From the NCBI GenBank assembly GCA_046562895.1, contig CM102164.1, positions 32,779,842 to 32,843,841 on the forward strand: a DNA stretch of 64,000 nucleotides, read 5' to 3'. Positions within the stretch are counted from its first letter, which is position 1; each line of letters begins with the position of its first letter. Position numbers and translations under genes: made by a program. The notes beneath the pieces are model-generated. The model had not been told where the DNA came from. It searched no databases and saw only the letters and a list, made by a program, of their open reading frames with translations. Below are positions 45,065-57,800 of this stretch, one piece after another. Source of the stretch: Trichechus inunguis (Eukaryota).

Positions 45065-46114
45065 CTAGGTCCTGCCTAAGGGCTTAAGCTGTTTCTCCTC
45101 AGATCGAAGAACTCCCTTTAATAATTCTTGTAAGTTTGGTTTGACTTTTGCATATTCCTTTAGTTCCTGTTTATCTGGAAATGACCTAATTTCACCATCA
45201 AATTTGAACGAGAGTTTTGCAGGATATATTATTCTTGGCTGACAATTTTTTTCTTTCAAGATTTTATATATGTCATCCCACTGCCTTCTTGCCTGCATGG
45301 TTTCTGCTGAATAATCTGAGCTTAGTCTTATTGTTTCTCCTCTGTATGTGACTTCTTGTTTTTCATGAGCTGCTTTCAGGATTCTTTGTTTGTCTTTAGT
45401 TTTGGCGAGTGTGAATATGATATGTCTTGGTGATTTTCTTTTGGGGTCTCTTCTATATGGGGTTCGTTGAGCTTCTTGGATGGCCGGCTTTTCATCTTTC
45501 ATGATATCGGGGAAGTTTTCTGTCAGCAGTTCCTCAATGATCCTCTCTGTGTTTTCTGTTTTCTCCCCTTGTTCTGGGATGCCAATCACTCGTATATTTT
45601 TGCTTTTAATTGTGTCCCACATAACTCTCAGGGTCTCTTCATTTTTCTTTGTTCTTTTTTCTGAGTTTTCCTGAAACAGAGTTGTATCCAAGTGTTTGTC
45701 TTCAGTTCCACTGATCCTGTCTTCCACGGTTTCAAATCTACTTCTCAGACCTTCTATGACATCATCCATTTCTGAAATCTTGTTGTTTATCTTTTGGATT
45801 TCTAATTGTTGTTTTTGTATAATTTCTAGTTGTGAATTTATTTTGGCATTTTGTTCCTGCATCATCTTCCTGAATTCTTCCATTTTTTTGTCTGTATTTT
45901 CCATAAATTTGTCTATTTTTTCCTCATGTTTGTCAGCTTTTTGCCTCAGTTCTTGGAAAATTCCAAGTATTAGTGATTTGAGTTCCCTATCAGGTACTTC
46001 TAGTGCATTTTCTTCCACAGGAGAATTATCTGGTGTTTTAATTTGGACGCCTATTGGAGCCATCCTGTCTTGTTTTTGTAAATGTTTTGATATTGTTTGC
46101 TGTTTTCGGGGCAT
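45065..46114 (-). CDS. L1 ORF1p, intact 349 aa (coiled-coil, RRM-like and C-terminal domain)
   Basis: Track ORF MPRKQQTISKHLQKQDRMAPIGVQIKTPDNSP...EIQKINNKISEMDDVIEGLRSRFETVEDRISGTEDK...NIRVIGIPEQGEKTE...PRHIIFTLAKTKDKQRILKAAHEKQEVTYRGETIRLSSDYSAETMQARRQWDDIYKILKEKNCQPRIIYPAKLSFKFDGEIRSFPDKQELKEYA... with no interruption. Confidence 0.85.
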   Translation of the reverse strand: MPRKQQTISKHLQKQDRMAPIGVQIKTPDNSPVEENALEVPDRELKSLILGIFQELRQKADKHEEKIDKFMENTDKKMEEFRKMMQEQNAKINSQLEIIQKQQLEIQKINNKISEMDDVIEGLRSRFETVEDRISGTEDKHLDTTLFQENSEKRTKKNEETLRVMWDTIKSKNIRVIGIPEQGEKTENTERIIEELLTENFPDIMKDEKPAIQEAQRTPYRRDPKRKSPRHIIFTLAKTKDKQRILKAAHEKQEVTYRGETIRLSSDYSAETMQARRQWDDIYKILKEKNCQPRIIYPAKLSFKFDGEIRSFPDKQELKEYAKVKPNLQELLKGVLRSEEKQLKPLGRT

Positions 46115-46879
46115 TCAGTAGGTATTTCTCTCCTTTATTGATTGTAGATTTTTTTGTTTCGTCCCTTTTTAAAAAAAAAAAAATTGAGTATGTCTGAGCA
46201 GGCAGACTGCGTGCCCCTTGTTCGCTCATCTGTGGACTTAATACTTTTCGCCTCCTTCTCCAACTGACCGGTTCAGTCACTCACATGTGGTACAGCTGGG
46301 CAGGTCTAGCTGAAGAGGAGCCACTGGGACGGGTTGTTTGTGGCATTCACCGCAGCCACCAGGACATTCGGTAGTCAGTGCTGGGCAGGTTCCAATAGGC
46401 CGTGCCTGCACAGCTTGGTGGTGTGATGTCAAGTGCACGGTGCAGGTAGGCAGGATGCAGTGGGGAGATGGTTATGTGTGAAGCTAAGCTGGATATGGGA
46501 GAGAGGAGAGAGGAGCAGGAGCGAAAAAACATACAAACATAAAAGAATGCTAGGGGAGCTTGTCATTGGAATGGACAGATGAGAGACTATGGAATGGAGA
46601 AAAACAGAAGGGGGAAGAGAAAGAAAAGAATGAACAAATAAAAATCAGAAAAGTTAACTGCAAAGTTCCCAGGGATCCCGCTGATGCAGCTATGAGGTCT
46701 GGGGAAGTCGGTCTCAGGTTTCACAGCACAGCCTGGCCAGAAGGCGCAGAGGCATACAACGCCTGGTATTCAGGGATCAGAAAGAGAAGCAAGAGATAGA
46801 GAAACAAGAAATTGAGCAATGAAGAAAGGCAAAAGGGAAAAAAGGGGAAAAGAAAACTAATCAAAAAAAAAATAAAAAA

Positions 46880-48250
46880 AGCAACACCAGCAGTCAACGA
46901 ATGGCACTCAGAGAGCCAGCCAGTGTGGGCTGGTGTTTCTGGACAAGAGATTGTGTCCGTGGGAAACAGAGGAGGCCGAGTGTGAAGAAGGGTGGAGAGT
47001 GGGAAAGCGTATATCACAAATTGCCTGCGCTCTGGGGACCCTCAGGAAGGAGCAAAGAGGGTGCACGGAGCCAGGAACCTGAGTGAAAGGAGGGGGAGGC
47101 GGTGAGAGGCAAGCGAGAAACCAAAAGAAGCAGGAGAAAAAAAAAAAAGCAGCACCAGCAGCCAACAAACGGCACCCAGAGAGCCGCCCGCCCGGGCGCG
47201 CGGAATCCAAGCAGCCGGCGGCCCCCGGTGAAGAGGCTGCGGCCGCGAGGAGTAGAGGAGCAAACGAACGAAGGCCCCGGGATCTCACCAGCGCGGCAGC
47301 CCAGACCTGGAAGCAGCCGCACGCCCGAACGTAGCCCCACAGCCCCGCAGGAAAGGGCAAAGACGGCGCTCGGAACCAGGCACATGAGCAAAAGGAGGGG
47401 GAGGCAGCGAGAGGCAAGCGAGAAACCAAAAGAGGCAGAAAAAGTAACACCAGCAGCCAACAAATGGCACCCAGAGAGCCGGCCGCATGGGAGCGTGGAA
47501 TCCAAGCAGCCGGCGGCCTCGGGTCAAGAAATTGCGGCCGTGGGGAGCAGAGGAGCAAACGAACAAAGGCCCCAGGATCTCACCAGCACAGCAGCCCAGA
47601 CCTGGAAGCAGCCGCACTCCCAAACGTAGCCCCACAGCCCCGCAGGAAAGGGCAAAGACGGTGCTCGGAGTCAGGCACCCGAGCAAAGGGAGGGGGAGGC
47701 AGCGAGAGGCAAGCGAGAAACCAAAAGAAACAGAAAAAGAAAAGAAAAAAAAAAATAAAAGCAACACCAGCAGCCAACAAACGGCACCCAGAGAGCCGCC
47801 CGCCCGGGCACGCAGAATCCAAGCAGCCGGCGGCCCCCGGTCAAGAAACCGTGGCCGCAGGAAGCAGAGGAGCAAACAAACAAAAGCCCTGGGATCTCAC
47901 TGGCGCAGCAGCCCAGACCTGGAAGCAGCCGCATGGCCGAATGTAGCCCCACAGCCCGGCAGGAAAGGGCAAAGACGGTGCTCGGAGCCAGGCACCCGAG
48001 CAAAAGGAGGGGGAGGCAGCGAAAGGCAAATGAGAAACCAAAAGAAGCAGAAAAAGCAACACCAGCAGCTGACAAACGGCACCCAGAGAGCCGCCCACCC
48101 GGGCTCGTGGTATCCAAGCAACCGGCGCCCCCCAGCCAAGAGACCTTGGCCACGGGAAGCAGGGGAGACCCAGCCGGGACGAAGAGGGGTGGGGGGTGGG
48201 AAAGCGCACACCGCAAATTACCGGCTGTTTTGTCTCCCACTGGATGCTCC
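46880..48250. repeat. Tandem array of ~4-5 CpG-rich ~295-317-bp monomers forming the L1 5'UTR (a putative monomeric L1 promoter)
   Basis: The motif acaccagcagccaacaaa(c/t)ggcacccagagagccgcccgcccgggc...aaggagggggaggcagcgagaggcaagcgagaaaccaaaaga recurs at ~46882, 47152, 47447, 47764 and 48059. Copies are ~90 % identical and differ mostly by CpG to TpG/CpA changes. Confidence 0.8.
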
Positions 48251-48524
48251 GCGAGGCTGCTCTCCTGTACTCCCGTTTGCTGGTCTTCGATAGGAGTCCA
48301 AGATGGTATCCGCGCTGCGTTAGCTGGTAGGGGACCTCTGCATGAATCTCTCCTTGCTCTCCGTTCTCTTTCAGTATTCTCACTCCGTTTGGTGTTCGGC
48401 TGAGTTCTTTATCTCTTCATTTGATGTTCTAGGGTTTCAGGATTGTTGATTCTCTGGCTTAGTTTTTCGGATCTTTGCTGTGGCCGGACGGCATGGTGCT
48501 TCTGCCTAGAGCGCCATCTTGCCG

Positions 48525-51500
48525 GACCCTCTCTATATTTTTGCTATTGTGAACAATGTTGCAATGAACATGGGTGTGCATATGTCTATTCATGTGACGG
48601 CTCTTATTTCTCTAGGATACATTCCTAGGAGTGGGATTGCTGGATCATATGGTATTTTTATTTCTAGCTTTCTAAGGAAGTGCTATATCGTTTTCCAAAA
48701 TGGTTTTACCATTTTACATTCCCACCAGCGGTGCATAAGAGTTCCGATCTCCCCTCAGCCTCTCCAAGATTTGTTATTTTCTGTTTTTTTAATTTTAATT
48801 TTTATTTTTTTATTCGTGCCTGTAATGGCAGGGTGAAATGGTATCTCATTGTGGTTTTGATGTGCATTTCCCTCATGGCTAGTGATCGCGAGCATTTCCT
48901 CATGTTTCTGTTAGCTGCTTGAATGTCTTCTTTGATGACGTGTCTGTTCATTTCCTTTGCCCATTTTTTAATTAGATTATTTGTCTTTTTGTGGTAGAGG
49001 TGTTGGATTTTCCCGTAGATTTTAGAGATTAGACCTTTGTTGGATTTGTAGTAGCCAAAATTTTTTTCCCAGTTTGTAGGTTCTCTTTTTACTCTTTTGA
49101 TGAGAATAAGTCTGTAATTTTTAGAAGATCCCAGTTATCTGGCTTCTCTTCTGGAGTTTATATGTTGTTATGGTTTGTATCCTGTTAATGCCATATATTA
49201 GGATCTCTAGTGTTGATCCTATTTTTTCTTCTATGAGCTTTATAGTTTTTGGTTTTAGACTTAGGTCTTAGATCCATTTTGAGTTAGTTTTTATGTATGG
49301 TGTGAGGTATGGGTCCTGTTCCATTTTTTGCAGATGGACATACAGTTTGGCCAACACCATTTGTTAAAAAGACTGTCTGTTCCCCATTTAATGGACTTTG
49401 GGCCCTTGTTGAAGATCAGGTTACCGTAGGTGGATGGATTTACTTCTGGGTTCTCGATTCTGTTCCATTGGTCAATGTATCTGTTGTTGTACAAGTATCA
49501 GACTGTTTTGACTACTGTAGCTGTAAAGTAGGTTCTGAGGTCAGGTAGTGTGAGTCCTCCTACTTTATTCTTCCTCTTCAATAATGCTTTACTTATCTGG
49601 GGCCTCTTCCCTTTCCATATAAAGTTAATGATTATTTTTTCCATCTCTTTGAAGAATGTTGTTGGTATTTGGATCGGGATTGCATTGTATTTGTAGATTG
49701 CTTTGGGTAGAATTGTTATTTTCACAATGTTGTGTCTGCCTATCCATGAGCATGATATGTTTTTCCATTTATGTAGATCTCTTTTGGTTTCTTGCAGTAG
49801 TGTTTTGTAGTTTTCTTTGTATAGTTCTTTTACATCCCTGGTTAGATTTATTTCTAAGTATTTTATTTTTTTAGGGGGTATTATAAATGGTACTGCTTTC
49901 CTGATTTCATTTTCGTCGTTCTCTTTGTTGGTGTATAGGAATCCAACAGATTTTTGTGTGTTCATCTTGTATCCTGCTACTCTGCTGAATCTTTCTATTA
50001 GTTCTAGTAGTTTTCTCATAGAGTCTTTTGGGTTTTCCATATATAGTATCTTATCATCTGCAAATAGGTACAGTTTTACTTCTTTATTACCAATTTGGTT
50101 GCTCTTTATTTTTCTTGCCTTATTGCACAACATTAGATTGGAGTGGTGATAAATGACATCCTTGTCTCGTTCTTGTCCTCAAGGGGAATGTTTTCAGCTT
50201 CTCTCCATTTAGAATGATGTTGGCTGTTGGCTTTTCATAGCTGCCCTTTATTATGTTGAGGAATTTCCCTTCTATACCTATTTTATTGAGTGTCTTTATC
50301 AGGAATGGGTGTTGGACTTTGTCAAATGCCTCTTCTGCATTGATTGAAATGATCATGTGATTCTTTTCTTTCCTTTTATTTATGTGGTGGATTACATTGA
50401 TTAATTTTCTAATGTTGAACCATTCTTGCATACCTGGTATGAATCCTACCTGGTCGTGTTGTATTATTTTTTTGTTATGATGCTGAATTGTATTGGCTAG
50501 AATTTTGTTGAGAATTTTTGCATCTATATTCATGAGAGATGTTGGTCTGTAATTTTCTTTTCTTGTGGTATCTTTGCCTGGTTTTTGGTATCTGGGTTAT
50601 GTTGCCTTCATAGCATGAATTTGAAAGTATCCCTTCCTTTTCTATGTTCTGAAATAATTTGAGTAGAAATAATGTTTGGTAGAATTCTTAAGTGAGGCCA
50701 TCTGGGCCAGAGCTTTTTTTTTTGTTGGGAGTTTTTTTTTTTTTATTACCTTTTCAATCTCTTGTTATGGGTCTGTTCAGATTTTCAACAACAATTTGTG
50801 ATAGTTTGGGTAGGTAGTATGTTTCTAGTAATTTTGTCCATTTCCTCTAGATTTTCAAATTTGTTGAAGCATAGTTTTTCGTAATACTCTGTTATGATCC
50901 TTTTTATTTCAGTTGGATCTGTTGTAATGTCCTCCATTTTATTTATTTGGGTTATATGTGTCCTCTTCTGTTTTTCTTTTGTCAGTTTGGCTAGTGGTTT
51001 GGCAATTTTGTTGATCCAGAAACAACTTTTGGTTTTGTTGATTCTTTCTATTGTTTTTCTATTCTCTATTTCATTTATTTCTGCTCTGATCTTTATTATT
51101 CGCTTTCTTCTGGAGGCTATAGGCTTCTTTTGCTGTTCTCTTTCTATTTGTTCTAGTTGTGTAGCTAATGTTTTGATTCTGTCCCTTTATTCTTTTTTGG
51201 TGTGTCCATCTATTGCTATAAATTGACCTCTGATCACTGCCTTTGCTGTGTCCCAAAGGTTTTGGTGTGATGTGTTTTCGTTCTCATTTGATTCTAGGAA
51301 TTTTTTTATTCCATCTTTGATTTCTTCTATTACCCAGTGGTTCTTCAGCAGGGTGTTATTTAGTTTCCATGTAATTAATTTTTTTTCCTTCCTCTTCCTG
51401 TTGTTAATTTCTACCATGATGGCATTGTGATCAGAGAAGATAGTTTGTATTATCTCAATGTTTTGGATTTTGTTGAGGGTTGCTTTGTGGCCTAAGATGT

Positions 51501-53990
51501 GGTCTATTCTGGAGAACATTCCATGTGCGTTGGAAAAGAATGTGTACCTTGCAGCTATTGGGTGAACTGTTCTATATATGTCTGTGAGATCAAGTTGGTT
51601 GATTGTGTCCTTTAGATCTTCTGTATATTTGTTGAGTTTCTTTCTAGACATTCTGTCCTTTACCGACAGTGGTGTGTTGAAGTCTCCTACGATTATAGTG
51701 GACCTGTCATGTTCTCTTTTCAGTGCTGTTTAAGTTTGTTTTATGTGTTTTGGAGCCCTGTCATTGGGTGTGTAGATGTTTATTATGGTTATGTCTTCAT
51801 GCTGGATCTTCCCTTTAATCATGATGTAGTGCCCTTTTCTGTCTTTTATGGTGAATTTTGTTTTAAAATCTATTTTATCTAAGATTAATATTGCCACTTC
51901 TGCTCTTTTTTGGTAGCTGTTTGCTTGATATATTTTTTCCATCCTTTAATTTTTAATAAATTTGTCTTTGTTTCTGAGATGTGTCTCTTATAGACAGCAT
52001 ATTGATGGATCCTGTTTTTTTAATCCATTCTGTCACTCTCCATCTCTTTATGGGTACATTGAGGCCGTTTACATTCAATGTAATTATTGATAGGTGTGAG
52101 TTTATTGCTGTCATTCTGTAGTGCTTTTTTTTGTGGTGCTGATGTTTTCATTGTTCCTCTCCTGTGCTGAATTCCTTTTGTGGATTTTTTTTCATTTCTT
52201 TTGTTTTTGATAGATTTTGTTTTTACTGAGACTTTATGTTTTTCTTCTTTATATTGATGAGTAGGTTTATTAACTTTCTTTGTGGTTACCTTGAAATTTA
52301 CCCTTATCTTCCAAAATTTAAACCAGTCTATTATTACTTGGTATTGCCTTGTGTTCCTCTCCATTAGAAAGTTCTATACCTACACTGTTTATTTCCTCTT
52401 TTATTGTTCTGACATTGTTGTCATTTGCAGATTAACCTCTCTGATTCCCTGTTGTAAATCTTTTGGTTTTGAATAGTCCTCGAGAGGCATTTCCTAGGTT
52501 GGTATCTGGCTGGTGCGATCTTGTGTCCTAGATTCAGGTTGTCGTCTGATGTTGTTTTTCTCAATCAGAAGGGCTCCTTTTAATAATTCTTGTAAGTTTT
52601 GTTTGGTTTTTACATATTTCTTTAATTTCTGTTTATCTGGAAATGTCCTAATTTCTCCATCATATTTGACCGAGAGTTTTGCAGAATGTATTATTCCTGG
52701 TTGGCAATTTTTTCTTTCAAGGTTTTATATATGTCATACCATTGCCTTCTGGCCCGCATGGTTTCTGCTGAATAATCAGAGCTTAGTCTTATTGTTTCTC
52801 CTGTGTATGTGACTTTTCATTTTTCTCGAGCTTCCCCCAGTATTCTTTGTTTGTCTTTGATTTTAGCAAGTGTGATTATGATATGCCTTGGTGATTTTCT
52901 TTTGGGGGTCTATCATGTATGGGGTTCATTGAGCTTCTTGGATGGTCAGCTTTTCATCTTTCATGATATTGGGTAAGTTTTCTGTCAGCAGTTCTTCAAT
53001 GATCTCTGTGTTTTCTGTTTTCCCTCCCCTGTTCTGGAACTCCAATCACTGTTAAATTTTTGCTTTTGATTGTATCCCACATAATTCTCTGGGTTTCTTC
53101 ATTTTTCTTTGTTCTTTTTTCTTATTTTTCCTCAAAGTTGTAGCCAACTGTTTGTCTTCAATTTCGCTAATCCTGTCTTCCATTGTTTCAAACTTATTCC
53201 TCAGTCCTTCTGTGACACTGTCCATTTCTGAAATCTTGTTGTTTATCTTTTGGATTTCTAATTGTTGTTTTTGTATGATTTCTAGTTGTGAATTTATTTT
53301 GGCTTTTTGTTCCTGTATTATTTTCCTGAATTCTTCCATTTTTTGTCTATTTTCCATGAATTTCTCTATTTTTTCCACATTTTTGTCTGCTTTTTGCTTC
53401 AAGTCTTGGATAGTTGTGAATATTAGAGATTTGAATTTCCTATCAGGTAGTTCTAGTGCCTTTTCTTCTACTGGAGCGTCATCTGGTGTTTTATTTTGGA
53501 TACCTACTGGAACCATCATGTCCTGTTTTTTTTTTTTTAATATGTTTTAATATTGTCTGCTGTCTTCAGGACATTCAGTAGTTATTTTCTTCATTTATTC
53601 ATTATAAATTAGTTTATTTCAACCTGCTTTTTTGTTTTATTTGGTTATGTCTGAGCAAGTGGCCTGTGCATTCTTTGCTTGTCTGTGGGTGCAATAGTTT
53701 TCACCTCCTTGTCCAATGGTAGGGCCAGTTGCTTAGCGATGGTGTAGCAGGGCATGTCCAGCTGAAGGGAGGGGCTGGGATGGATTTTTTGGCAGGTACT
53801 TGGGCTGACAAGATGAGCCAGTGGTCAGCACAGGGCAGGTTCCAGTACGTCGTTCCTTTGCTGCTCAGGAGTACAGTGTTCAGCACACAGTACAGATAGG
53901 CAGGATGTAGGCACAGGGGGAGCTTGTGATGTGTGACGCTAGGTTGGGTATGGAAAAGAAGAGAGAGAGGAGAGAGAAATAGGAGCAAAA
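48525..53990 (-). mobile_element. 5' part of L1 copy 2 (ORF2, ORF1, short non-monomeric 5'UTR), degenerate
   Basis: Minus ORF fragments of ORF2 (49498-50133, 50120-50533, 51187-51651, 51730-51942) and ORF1 (53052-53519 ...EIIQKQQLEIQKINNKISEMDSVTEGLRNKFETMEDRISEIEDK...). The 5'UTR resembles the unique part of the young L1's 5'UTR. Confidence 0.75.
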
Positions 53991-54164
53991 AGAAAGTTGA
54001 ACAGTGCTATAAATATGTGTACATGTACATTTTGAGTACCTGTTTTCAATTCTTTTGGGTTAGCACTTTTATTCTTTCTTAGAATTTCCATCTCTGGTTA
54101 CATTACCCATCTTAGATGTTGCCCACTTTTTCCATTAGAGCCCTTAGCATATTTATTAATCATG

Positions 54165-54225
54165 TTGTTGTTGTCAGTTGCTATCAAGTCAGTTATGACT
54201 AATGATGACCCCAAGTGTGCAGTTT
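54165..54225 (-). mobile_element. AfroSINE/RTE-tail-like fragment
   Basis: gttgttgttgtcagttgctatcaagtcagttatgactaatgatgacccc resembles the reverse complement of the shared SINE/RTE tail. Confidence 0.3.
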
Positions 54226-54302
54226 TTTAAAATTCCTGGTCTGATTCAAAATATTTACCATATCTGTGTCTGGTTTTGATGTTTGCTTCTCTCTTCAGAT
54301 TG

Positions 54303-54333
<31 letters not shown>

Positions 54334-54899
54334 GCCTTTTAGCATGACTTGTAATTTTTTACTGAAAGCCTGACATGATGTATCAGGTAATAGGAACTGG
54401 GGTAAACAATAGAGGTTTTATGTTTATCTGGCTAGAAGTTAGGTTGTATTTACTGTTTGCTATAGCTGTGTTGTCAGAAGCTAAAAGTTTCCCCTGGTAT
54501 CTTTGTTTTTGTCTCCTTGTTATATTTGGGTTTCTCTAGAAACTCCTTTTTAAATAGAATCTGTGTCTTGCAGTTCTCTTCAATGTAATCCACTCATATT
54601 ATCCTGGAGCCTTTTCAATGCAGTGGTAAGATATGGGGGAAAGGAAGCATTCTCTATTCTGCCCTCTGGGTGTTTTTTTGTTTTTTGTTTTTTTTTTTGG
54701 TGGGACAGAGTCCTTGGGCTGTGACCTTCTGAGGAATTTCTTTAAGCTGTTTGTTTTTTTCTCTCTCCCTTCATGTGAGACAGTAAGGCTAGAGGTGGCT
54801 GGAGTTGTCTAATTACCCTTCCCCCAGGTCAGGTAAGGTTTTGGTACAGTAGTTTCCCTTGAAGGCTCTTGATTTGCTGCCTTGCCTTCATTAGAGAGG

Positions 54900-57800
54900 G
54901 AAAAAATGAAGAACAGAGAGCTCTGGGCAATTTTTAAAATGGTTACCTTCCCCCCTGCCCCCCCCCATCAGATGCTCAAGGGGATTTTTCTCTGATCTTT
55001 ACTATGATAATCTCCTTGTCATCAATTTTCCAGTGATGTTCATTCCAAGTCCCTGACCATCCAGCCCAACCATTAGCCACAGCCCATGAATCAGTATACA
55101 GTCCCGTATCTGGCCATTTCTCCTTCCAGGCAAAACGAACAATCAGGTGCCCTGCTCGAAGTTCTGCCCATTGGGAGGATTTCCCTTCACCAGTGTAGTT
55201 TAATGAGGTCCCAAGACTGCAGTGCTGCCACTGCCCACTTTCAAATGGTGCCTGCATCTGTAAACACAAGTTTTCTCTTAGTTGACTGATCATAAGGAAC
55301 TCCCCATGATGTCATAGGTGCAGACTGGGAGAAGGAAGGTAATGTGACAGGAGTGGAGACCATGGGGATTTGGGCCACTTCATCACATAACTTACTTGTG
55401 CTTTCAGGTCCTGCTTGAGCCTGATCTCGTATATATCACTTCCAGTTAATGATGGAATGCTGCTGTGCACATCCAGCTGTGTAACTCTGTAGATCAGGCA
55501 ACATCCAGTTCATGATGGGCAGCTCAGGTTGCATGGTAACTTCATGGCCCATAGTTAAGCATTCAGACTGAACTAAGGCCCAGTAACAAGCCAAAAGCTG
55601 TTTCTCAAAAGGAGAGTAGTTATCTGCAGAGGATGGCAGGGCTTTGCTCCCAAATCCTAATGGTCCGCACTGTGATTCACCAAAGACTCCAAACAGCGTC
55701 TCTGTCTGCCACTGACATTTCAAGAACCATTGGATCAGCTGGATCATATGGCCCAAGTGGCAGGGCAGCTTGCACAGGAGCCTGGACCTGTTGCATAGCC
55801 TTCTCTTGTTCTGGGCCCCATTAAAAACCAGTGGCTTTTGTCCGTTTTTTATAAATAGACCAGAGTGGCACACCAAAATGAGAGATATGTTGCCTCCATA
55901 GTCCAAAGAGGCCTGCCGGGGGTTGTGCCTCCTTTTTAGTTGTGGGAAGGTCCATATGCAACAACTTATCCTTCACTTTAGAAGGAATATCTCAGCATGC
56001 CCCATACCACCGGGCCCCTAGAAATTTCACTGAGGTGGAAGGCACCTGAATTTTAATTTCCCACCCTCTAGTGCGCAAATGTTTTACCAATAAGTCTAGA
56101 GTCATTGATACTTCTTCATTACTAGGTCTAATCAGCATAATATCACCAATGTAATGGACCAGTATGACATGTTGTGGAAGGGAAAGGCAATCAGGGTCCT
56201 TGTGGACTAAATTATGGCACAGGGCCGGAGAGTTGATATACCACCAAATTAGGACAGTGAAGGTGTATTGCTGGCCTTGCCAGCTGAAGACAAACTGCTT
56301 CTGATGTTCTTTAGAAACAGGTATGGAGAAAAAGGCATTGGCCAGATCAATAGCTGCATTCCAGGTACCAGGAGATATATTAATTTGCCCAAGCAATGAA
56401 ATCACGTCTGAAACAGCAGCTGAAATTGGAGTCACAACCTGGTTACATTTATGATAATCCACTGTCATTCTCCAAGATCCATTTGTTTTCTCCACACCAA
56501 ATAAGTAAATTAAATGGAGATGTGGTGGGAATCACTACCCCTGCATCCTTCAAGTCCTGGATGGTGGCAGTAATTTCTGCAATCCCTCCAGGAATGTGGT
56601 ATTGCTTTTGATTTACCATTTTCCTAGGCAAGGGACGTTCTAATTGCTTTCACTTGGCCTTTCTACCATAATAGTCCTTACTCTACATGTCAAGGATCTA
56701 ACATGGGGGGTTCTTCCAGTTGCTGAATATGTCTATTCCAATTATGCATTCTGGAACTGGGGAAATCACTACAGGATGGTTTTGGGAACCCACCAAGAGA
56801 CAGATCTAAGACTCCCATTAATTGCCTGACTCCACATGCCCCTACTCTGGTGGGCCAAAGTGACATTTTGGGTCTGCTGTAATTAGTGTCAGATCAGAGC
56901 CAGTGTCCAGTAATCCCTGAAAAGTCTGATTATTTCCTTTTCCCCAGTGAACAAGCAGTCTCGTAAAAGGTCATAGATCCCTTTGGGAAAGGCTGGGAGA
57001 AAGATTAACAGTATAAGTTTTTGACAGTTTAGTGGGGTCCTTCCTCAAGGGGACCTGGCCTCCCTATCATTCAAGGGGTTGTGCATCTGTAAACTGGCTC
57101 AAGTCTGAGAATTGATTGAGGGGCCTTGACTCTCTATTTTGGTGATGCAAGTTAGACTGCCATTCACTTGACCTAGAATTCTTTTGCTTGTACAGGTCAA
57201 GTAACTTTATAGTAGGTTTCATATCTATGTCACTCCTTGGGACACCATGACTAAGTAACCAACGCCATAAGTCCATACGAGTCAGACTATTCGGATTACT
57301 GTTTTGACTCTGCTGTCCATTATGTTAACCATGTCCACCTTGTCTTTGGCAATTAAATGATCCAATCACCCCCATCGCAGTTAGGTGTCTTAATTCAGTT
57401 AGGGCAGTTCCCGTTGTAATAACCGACCTACATAGAAGAGCAATCACAGCAGTCTTCAAGGATGCTGGAGCTCCCTTCACAAATTTATTCCTCACAGTTG
57501 TGGGGACACACTCTGATGTCCTCTGGGCACTCCTTGTGAGTCCAACATGGTAAATTCACTCTAACATTCCAATTTCTCTAAGACTTTGTCATCGTCTACA
57601 GTATACGAAGGCAGTTGTGGCATTTCAGTTTCATTTAGTGTAGGCCACCTCTTGGTCCATGTTTCAGTCAACCAACCAAATAGACTATTAGATCCATTTC
57701 TAACCTCTCAAGCTGAAACATTGAAGAATCTCTGCTTAGTGGACCCGTATCAATAAACTCAGACTGATCCAACTTTATTTTTATTGCACTATTATCCTAC

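Larger units (their letters stand above)
39571..48524 (-). mobile_element. Near-full-length young L1 (~8.9 kb)
   Basis: Layout: composite 3' tail (39571-39820), 3'UTR (39820-40754), ORF2 (40755-44642, frameshifted in its last third), inter-ORF spacer (44643-45064), intact ORF1 (45065-46114), 5'UTR (46115-48524) with a ~295-bp monomer array. Target-site duplication TCTATATTTTT at both ends. Confidence 0.85.

Noticed and set aside
46900-48403. A dozen overlapping 80-268-aa ORFs on both strands (for example 47487-48293, 268 aa; 46908-47558, 216 aa), rich in R/P/G/A.
   Set aside because: They sit in the GC-rich L1 5'UTR monomer array and are open in several frames on both strands simultaneously, as expected for a stop-poor tandem repeat. 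They are not coding.
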